DNA from: Moraxella nasicaprae
Lineage (GTDB): Bacteria; Pseudomonadota; Gammaproteobacteria; Pseudomonadales; Moraxellaceae
Assembly: GCF_025643275.1 (NCBI RefSeq)
Contig: NZ_CP089977.1
Location: forward strand, 1,770,001 to 1,802,000
DNA length: 32,000 nt
Direction of reading: 5' to 3'
The notes under the pieces: generated by a model
What the model was told of the DNA's origin: nothing
The model's input: the letters and a program-made list of their open reading frames with translations, nothing else
Database searches by the model: none
In this document: positions 27,121 through 32,000 of the stretch, piece after piece
Numbering within the stretch: position 1 is the first letter of the stretch
Layout: every line of letters starts with the position of its first letter
Made by a program: the position numbers and the translations under genes

Positions 27121-27954
27121 TTATTGCATAGGGCAGTCACTGATACCAGTGATGTATTCTAATAAATCCACTTCTGCCAATGCTGTGCTACCTTTTACGC
27201 CTTGATTGAGTAATAACTGCTGTGTCTGTGGGTGATTGACTTGGGCATAATATTGTTTGGCGGTTGGAATGTGTGACCAGTGCCAAGCTTCGTCATTATA
27301 GCCGTGACTGCGACCTTTGCCATAAGTCTGGCAAAAACCAAATGATGCAGCATTGGCTTGTAGCCATTCGTAGGTTTTTAGACCTGTTCCGTGCGTCCAA
27401 TAATCAGTATCTACGCTATTAAAATCAACATCAGTACCCCAGTGATGACGGCTGGTACCAGGAAATGATGACCAGTTTAGAATTTCTAACGCTTTATTCA
27501 CATCATCATCAGGAGTATCGCCCCATTTTCTCTCCCAAATTTGCTTTTGGCGGTCGTAGGAGCGATATGCTGATACTACGGTCAGATTGATACCATCTTT
27601 TTTGGCGGCGTGTATCATGTTCAGCAAAGGCTCATACACATCATGATGGATTTGCTCATCTTTGGTGGTGTATTCGCTTGGAATAGGGCGTAATATCTCC
27701 TCGCTGTTTTTGCCATGCATGACACCCAGCTTAGTTGGTGCGGGTACTTCTTGCTCAACAGGGGTTTGCTCAACCTGCTCAGTCACTGGCTGTTCTGTGG
27801 TTTGTTCAAGTGGCAGATGGTTATTGGTATTGCTTGCCAAGTTGTCATTTTGCTCTTTTTTGAACAATGATTTGCCAAAATAACCAAATAGCAGTATGCC
27901 AATAATCAAAATGATGATACCGCTGATGATATTTTTATTATTCTTTGTACTCAT
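27121..27954 (-). CDS. Membrane-anchored M15 (VanY-like) D-alanyl-D-alanine carboxypeptidase family protein
   Basis: An N-terminal TM anchor (IISGIIILIIGILLFGYF) and an E/Q/P/T-rich linker precede the LAS-family zinc motifs SAYRSYDRQ, SRHHWGTDVD and EAWHWSH. Confidence 0.8.
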   Translation of the reverse strand: MSTKNNKNIISGIIILIIGILLFGYFGKSLFKKEQNDNLASNTNNHLPLEQTTEQPVTEQVEQTPVEQEVPAPTKLGVMHGKNSEEILRPIPSEYTTKDEQIHHDVYEPLLNMIHAAKKDGINLTVVSAYRSYDRQKQIWERKWGDTPDDDVNKALEILNWSSFPGTSRHHWGTDVDFNSVDTDYWTHGTGLKTYEWLQANAASFGFCQTYGKGRSHGYNDEAWHWSHIPTAKQYYAQVNHPQTQQLLLNQGVKGSTALAEVDLLEYITGISDCPMQ

Positions 27955-27978
27955 GATGTTCTCTTGATGATTGTGTGA

Positions 27979-28587
27979 TTAGTAGTCTAGGTATCCACCA
28001 AAGCTATAACCTGTTAAGCCAACCGAATCACGAACCCTAACCCAGCAGTTGTGAATGCCTTGAATGGTTTCGCATTTATTGGTCTGTGCAATCACCCAAA
28101 TATCCTCTGATGTATATAAATAGCCTAATTGACGACCACGACGAGATGGGGAATTTCGAACGATGACATTGCCACCATATCGAGTGATGACGGTTGCAGG
28201 CAGGTTGACAGGATACTCCTCGTATTGTACGGCTGTTTGTCTGACGGGTTTGGCGGTTTGGCGTGGTACAGGTTGGGCGGTTTGCATCGGTTGAGTGGCA
28301 GGGGCAACGCCCACAGGCTGCGGTGATGGTGCGGCTGATACAGGGGCAGCTTGTTCAGGTTGCTGCACCACAGGCTGGACAGGCTGTACTGGTTGTAGTT
28401 GAACAGTTTGTTCTTGACCGTTTACAGGTTGTAAAACTTGCTGTGTTGGCTGTTGGGTCGTGGTTTGTTCTGGTTTGTTTAGTTCATCTTTTAGAACTTC
28501 ACGAGCGACACTTTTAGCAATATCGCCATCGCAGGCGGTCAAAGTTAATGCCAATCCAGCAGATAACAATGTAACGATATATTTCAT
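27979..28587 (-). CDS. Lipoprotein with Q/P-rich linker and C-terminal bacterial SH3-like domain
   Basis: The lipobox is LTLTAC/DG. The linker holds about 90 aa of QP(V) repeats (QPVQPVQPVVQQPEQ...). The C-terminus, NVIVRNSPSRRGRQLGYLYTSEDIWVIAQ...CWVRVRD..GLTGYSFGGYL, fits the SH3_3 pattern. The gene ends 24 nt upstream of the M15 gene on the same strand. Confidence 0.62.
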   Translation of the reverse strand: MKYIVTLLSAGLALTLTACDGDIAKSVAREVLKDELNKPEQTTTQQPTQQVLQPVNGQEQTVQLQPVQPVQPVVQQPEQAAPVSAAPSPQPVGVAPATQPMQTAQPVPRQTAKPVRQTAVQYEEYPVNLPATVITRYGGNVIVRNSPSRRGRQLGYLYTSEDIWVIAQTNKCETIQGIHNCWVRVRDSVGLTGYSFGGYLDY

Positions 28588-28619
28588 TTTTGCACCTATT
28601 TGTTAGTATGTTATAAATA

Positions 28620-28648
28620 ATATTACCAAATTGTTAATTTATTTTCAA
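28620..28648 (-). promoter_or_regulatory. Candidate promoter of the SH3-lipoprotein/M15 operon
   Basis: On the minus strand, TTGAAA (28648-28643) is followed by a 17-nt spacer and TAATAT (28625-28620). This is about 30 nt upstream of the ATG, which has an AGGTG RBS. Confidence 0.45.
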
Positions 28649-28825
28649 TATAAATTATGATAACATAACAACATGGCATGAAATTATGATAATTGTGCTT
28701 GGTGGTTTTATGCTAATCGGTTGTTTCGTGTTAAGATTTGCTGGCGTAATGTTATCTTTCATGGATTATTTGGTTGGCGATGGATATAATATTCAGTGGT
28801 TTTTTGATGATTTTTATGGAATTAA

Positions 28826-29662
28826 ATGATGAATTTGAATAATGAATATCGAATGGCAAAAGTATTACTTGCCCTAAGTGGTACGATTGCCACGATGTCT
28901 TTTGCTCAGTATATACAGGGCTTGACCGAACAAAATCAACAAACTCAGATGAGCAAACCGACCAATCCTTTAACCGCACCTGTGGCAACTTATGACATTA
29001 ATACAGTGGTAAATCTATATCAAAATACAGGTTTGACTGTTGTACCATCTGACACCAATACCCTTGTGTCAGCTCAATCTTTTCATCAGGCAGACAAACA
29101 ATCGTCCCAACAGGTGGGTAATCAGACCAACAATAAGGACTTAAACAGTAAAGATTGCACACCCAATCCAGTGGCTAAAACTGTCGGTATTTATTTTTAT
29201 AAAATGCCAGAGGCAAATGCAAAAGATTTGGTCAGTGTCAATGGTTTTCGAGTGCATAAAGAGGCGGCGACATCATTAAAACAAATGCTGGCAGATGCTA
29301 AATCGAGTGGCGTTAATCTAACGCTAGGTTCGGCATTTCGCTCAGTTGCTCATCAGCAACGCATCATCAACCGCAAAATCAAGGCAGGACAAACAAATAA
29401 GCAGATTTATCATATGTCAGCACCTGCTGGTTATTCTGAGCATCATACAGGATTTGCTGTTGATTTTAGTCCAATCAATAGTGAATTTGCCAAAACGGCA
29501 GGCTATCGCTGGCTAAAAGCCAATGCTCACAAATACGGGTGGTATCAAACCTATACCCCAGAGTATTCGGCAAAAAGTGGTGTATCAGAAGAATCATGGC
29601 ATTGGAAATATAAAGGTAGTGCAACCGCTGTATCCATGCTACAAAATGATGATTGTCTATAA
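28826..29662 (+). CDS. Secreted M15 (VanY-like) D-alanyl-D-alanine carboxypeptidase family protein, paralogue of 27121-27954
   Basis: The signal peptide is KVLLALSGTIATMSFA/Q. The zinc motifs are SAFRSVAHQ, SEHHTGFAVD and ESWHWKY. The start is ambiguous between 28826, 28829 and 28853. Confidence 0.8.
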   Translation: MMNLNNEYRMAKVLLALSGTIATMSFAQYIQGLTEQNQQTQMSKPTNPLTAPVATYDINTVVNLYQNTGLTVVPSDTNTLVSAQSFHQADKQSSQQVGNQTNNKDLNSKDCTPNPVAKTVGIYFYKMPEANAKDLVSVNGFRVHKEAATSLKQMLADAKSSGVNLTLGSAFRSVAHQQRIINRKIKAGQTNKQIYHMSAPAGYSEHHTGFAVDFSPINSEFAKTAGYRWLKANAHKYGWYQTYTPEYSAKSGVSEESWHWKYKGSATAVSMLQNDDCL

Positions 29663-29668
29663 AAATTT

Positions 29669-29700
29669 AAACCAAGCCATTAAAGCTTGGTTTATTTTTA
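29669..29700 (+). terminator. Intrinsic terminator
   Basis: aaaccaagc (29669-29677) pairs with gcttggttt (29685-29693) around a 7-nt loop, followed by atttttat. Confidence 0.7.
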
Positions 29701-29714
29701 TATCAATACCAATG

Positions 29715-29747
29715 AAAAAAGCCCAAATCTTTCGATTTGAGCTTTTT
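29715..29747. terminator. Bidirectional terminator-like hairpin downstream of tRNA-Gly
   Basis: gcccaaatc (29721-29729) pairs with gatttgagc (29734-29742) at 8 of 9 positions. A6 and T5 flank the stem. Confidence 0.55.
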
Positions 29748-29753
29748 AAAATT

Positions 29754-29829
29754 TGGAGCGGGAAACGAGATTCGAACTCGCGACCCCAACCTTGGCAAGG
29801 TTGTGCTCTACCAACTGAGCTATTCCCGC
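29754..29829 (-). tRNA. tRNA-Gly (anticodon GCC)
   Basis: The reverse complement, GCGGGAATAGCTCAGTTGGTAGAGCACAACCTTGCCAAGGTTGGGGTCGCGAGTTCGAATCTCGTTTCCCGCTCCA, folds as a canonical 76-nt cloverleaf. Confidence 0.95.
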
Positions 29830-29842
29830 TTGATGGTTGGAT

Positions 29843-29870
29843 ATTATATATAAAAAATTTTATTTGTCAA
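29843..29870 (-). promoter_or_regulatory. Consensus sigma70 promoter for tRNA-Gly
   Basis: On the minus strand, TTGACA (29870-29865) is followed by a 16-nt spacer and TATAAT (29848-29843). The -10 ends about 13 nt upstream of the mature 5' end. Confidence 0.65.
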
Positions 29871-29915
29871 ATGGTTTTTATAAAAAGTTTATAACTTATT
29901 GATTTTTATAAATTT

Positions 29916-31097
29916 TTATTCTTTTGATAAGCAGACGGTGAGTTTATCATATTTGTCTTTATTGACCAATTTACAATAAGGGCATAATGATTGATACACC
30001 GCCAAAGTCTCAGCAACCATCTGCTCGACCACATATTCATGGGTCATGGCAGGTCGAATACGGTTGGATAGTTGAAATTTGATGGCTTTGCACAGGGCGA
30101 TGGCACTTTGCTCTTTAACCAAACCTTGCGGGAATAACGCACTTAGAATGTCAGCAAACGCTCCTTTTGCCCAACCGATGACAGGCGTACCCAAATGAAT
30201 GGCTTGCAATGCTGTCATGCCAATACTTTCTGGACGATTGGCAAGTGCCAGTACAACATTGGCGGAGGCCAGCCATTCTTTTTTATCCACAGGATTGCGA
30301 CCAATGAAAGTGACGCGTTTGTCCAGATTTAGTGCGTGCAGCCGCTGCAAAAATTCTTCATAAAAGACACATTGGGTCTGTTTATTTTCTGGGTCTTCGT
30401 CCATGATGATGATGTGGATATTTTCAAATTTATGTTGTAGATTTCCTAAAATATCAACCAGCCATTCCTGCCCGTATTGATTGCCAATCGGTGTAGGGAA
30501 TAACAACCATTTTTTGTGTTCCAATTCTGGATATTGGGCAAATACTTGATGCAGCCAATAGACTGAGGAATGATGTCGGTAGGGATATTTGCGAACATCA
30601 ACACCACGAGAAACGCAGACCAGCTGTCTGTCATGTTTTTTGGTTAATTTTTTAAGAAAATAATTTTCGATACTTTGTGAAGCACAGATTAACACATCAG
30701 CATCAAAGATTGCTTTACTATATTGGTTTAATGGATAAAATCCATACAAGCTACTGACGATTTTTGGGCGATGCTCTACATTGATATGACGCAACGCCCA
30801 GTGCAGCACCCATGCAGGCGTGCGAGAATGCACATGAATGACATCAGGGTGATGGGTGTTAATAATGCGTCTTAACGCCCAAATATGCCGCAATGCCCAC
30901 CAGCTTTTTTTGGGCATATCCAAGCGATAATAATCTGCACCATCACGAATCAGGCGAGTAACCAGCTCATCATCTTCATCAGCGGAGGCAATGACAACCG
31001 ACTCATGCCCTGCCTTGATGAGTGCATGAGAAATGGCGTAAACACCTCGTTCAGACTCATCGTGTTTGAGCGATGAACACAGCTGTAAAACTTTCAT
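29916..31097 (-). CDS. Glycosyltransferase family 4 (GT-B fold, RfaG/WaaG-like)
   Basis: The 393-aa product has an N-terminal Rossmann-like half (MKVLQLCSS...GVYAISHALIKAGHE) and a C-terminal half containing PESIGMTALQAIHLGTPVIG, a variant of the EX7E region. The acceptor and sugar cannot be determined. Confidence 0.75.
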   Translation of the reverse strand: MKVLQLCSSLKHDESERGVYAISHALIKAGHESVVIASADEDDELVTRLIRDGADYYRLDMPKKSWWALRHIWALRRIINTHHPDVIHVHSRTPAWVLHWALRHINVEHRPKIVSSLYGFYPLNQYSKAIFDADVLICASQSIENYFLKKLTKKHDRQLVCVSRGVDVRKYPYRHHSSVYWLHQVFAQYPELEHKKWLLFPTPIGNQYGQEWLVDILGNLQHKFENIHIIIMDEDPENKQTQCVFYEEFLQRLHALNLDKRVTFIGRNPVDKKEWLASANVVLALANRPESIGMTALQAIHLGTPVIGWAKGAFADILSALFPQGLVKEQSAIALCKAIKFQLSNRIRPAMTHEYVVEQMVAETLAVYQSLCPYCKLVNKDKYDKLTVCLSKE

Positions 31098-31101
31098 AAA
31101 A

Positions 31102-31590
31102 TTAAATGGCGGTTTTTAGAAAATCAAGCAGGTTGGTCAGGTGTTCTTTGGCTTTGACATTGCGAAAGCTACCAATCATTTGACCATTACCATCAAATAC
31201 AAAAGTTGAACGCACAACACCCAGATGAGTCTTGCCATACATCATTTTTTCTTTGATGACATCAAAATGCTGGCATAATGCTTCATCGGTGTCGCTGATG
31301 AGGTCGATGGTTAAAGCGTGTTTGTTGATGAAGTTTTGGTGTGATTTGACCCCATCTCTGGATATGCCAATCACTCGGTAGCCAAGCTGTGACAGGGTCT
31401 TGATTTCTTGGCTAAAATCGGTGGCTTGAACGGTGCAGCCTTGTGTGTTGTCTTTGGGATAAAAATATAAAATCAGCCCCTGTTTATCTGCACAGATTTC
31501 ATCAAAATTGGTTTGGCAATGCGTGCCATCAGCTTTGACCAGATTGACAGAAAAGGTAGGTAGGGCGATGTTTTCTTGGGTGTTTTTCAT
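31102..31590 (-). CDS. bcp: Thiol peroxidase Bcp (peroxiredoxin Q type)
   Basis: From the Met at 31590, the product begins MKNTQENIALPTFSV and continues with LILYFYPKDNTQGCTVQA (peroxidatic Cys), ISRDGVKSHQNF and RSTFVFDGNG. The upstream extension to 31701 is not protein-like. The stop lies 4 nt before the glycosyltransferase start. Confidence 0.85.
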   Translation of the reverse strand: MKNTQENIALPTFSVNLVKADGTHCQTNFDEICADKQGLILYFYPKDNTQGCTVQATDFSQEIKTLSQLGYRVIGISRDGVKSHQNFINKHALTIDLISDTDEALCQHFDVIKEKMMYGKTHLGVVRSTFVFDGNGQMIGSFRNVKAKEHLTNLLDFLKTAI

Positions 31591-31845
31591 ACAAAAATAA
31601 GTAGATAAATTGGTGGTTATTCTACCGCTAATTGGTTGGCGGTGCGTTGATTTTTTACAAAAAATTAGGGCTATTTTACAAATGAATACAAAAATTTGCA
31701 AATGATTAAGTTTTTATTTGTAATTCTTTGGCATTTTCAGTAAAATTAGCGGATTTAATTGATTGTTAGGGCTTGCGATTGTTGTTACATCGGCTGGTGT
31801 GATGTGTCAATGATGGCAAAATTTTGTTAATTCTTTGGATTTGTC

Positions 31846-32000
31846 ATGTCTTTATTTTCATTTTTGCAGGTTCAAGAGCGTGGTTCATCAGTTCGTCAAG
31901 AAGTGATTGCTGGTCTAACCACTTTTTTGGCGATGGTCTATTCGGTCATCGTAGTGCCAAATATGCTATCACAAGCAGGATTTCCTGCTGAGTCGGTGTT
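31846..32000 (+). CDS. NCS2/AzgA-family purine (adenine/guanine/hypoxanthine) permease, N-terminal fragment
   Basis: [41 protein letters not shown] is the conserved N-terminus of AzgA-type permeases. The ORF runs off the end of the window. Confidence 0.75.
   Translation, partial: MSLFSFLQVQERGSSVRQEVIAGLTTFLAMVYSVIVVPNMLSQAGFPAESV

Noticed and set aside
28263-28517. Antisense ORFs inside the Q/P-rich lipoprotein gene, plus the many other antisense ORFs of 60-130 aa inside carB, fruB, lptD and other genes.
   Set aside because: They lie opposite strongly supported genes, have no RBS or motifs, and are typical shadow ORFs of repetitive or biased codons.
25930-29829. The segment bounded by tRNA-Val/Asp and tRNA-Gly, considered as a tRNA-targeted genomic island.
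   Set aside because: I see no integrase, no direct repeat of a tRNA 3' end and no compositional break. The contents look like ordinary envelope genes.
29523-29894. A 123-aa ORF on the plus strand.
   Set aside because: It overlaps the 3' end of the M15 gene out of frame, then crosses two terminators and tRNA-Gly, so it is spurious.
31591-31701. An N-terminal extension of the bcp ORF giving 199 aa.
   Set aside because: The extension (MQIFVFICKIALIFCKKSTHRQ...) is not Bcp-like. The conserved protein starts at the Met at 31590.
31591-31845. A purine riboswitch or PurR box upstream of the NCS2 purine permease.
   Set aside because: I could not find a three-way-junction purine aptamer consensus or an ACGCAAACGTTTGCGT-like palindrome in the 255-nt region.
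1-32000. Apparent over-representation of TTGGCA/TGCCAA, including several intergenic palindromes with these arms, considered as a DNA-uptake-type signal.
   Set aside because: A rough count gave about 5 copies in the first 1.1 kb, mostly in-frame Leu(TTG)-Ala(GCA) or xTT-GGC-A contexts. Codon and dipeptide bias is therefore the simplest explanation. A genome-wide k-mer enrichment test against a codon-shuffled null would be needed, and I cannot run it.
1-32000. A search for CRISPR arrays, IS elements or transposases, integrases, toxin-antitoxin pairs and prophage genes.
   Set aside because: None was seen. There are no regularly spaced direct repeats, no terminal inverted repeats flanking ORFs, and every ORF above about 100 aa with coding character is accounted for above.

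Overview
The window looks like a gammaproteobacterial chromosome segment. Gene content, synteny and AT-rich consensus promoters suggest Moraxellaceae, but the genus is not determinable from the sequence alone. It is almost entirely core housekeeping. In order: the 3' end of nuoN, fpr, pncA, tRNA-Leu, a small secreted protein, a DUF475 membrane protein, carA, a two-gene R-M cassette, carB, greA, a SirB2-like protein, the fruB-fruK-fruA fructose PTS operon, an NlpD-like LytM factor, lptD-surA on the minus strand, amgK-murU, tRNA-Val and tRNA-Asp, a bestrophin-like channel, an SH3-lipoprotein/M15-peptidase operon divergent from a second M15 peptidase, tRNA-Gly, a bcp-glycosyltransferase operon, and the 5' end of an NCS2 purine permease. 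The only clearly accessory DNA is an AT-rich restriction endonuclease plus beta-class N6-adenine methyltransferase pair inserted between carA and carB, which appears to rewire carB transcription. I found no CRISPR array, IS element, integrase, prophage or multi-gene system of a novel type. The remaining findings are regulatory leaders (carA, greA, DUF475) and unusual architectures of envelope proteins (LptD, SurA, NlpD, M15/SH3). Every functional call rests on motif recognition by eye, with no database search.
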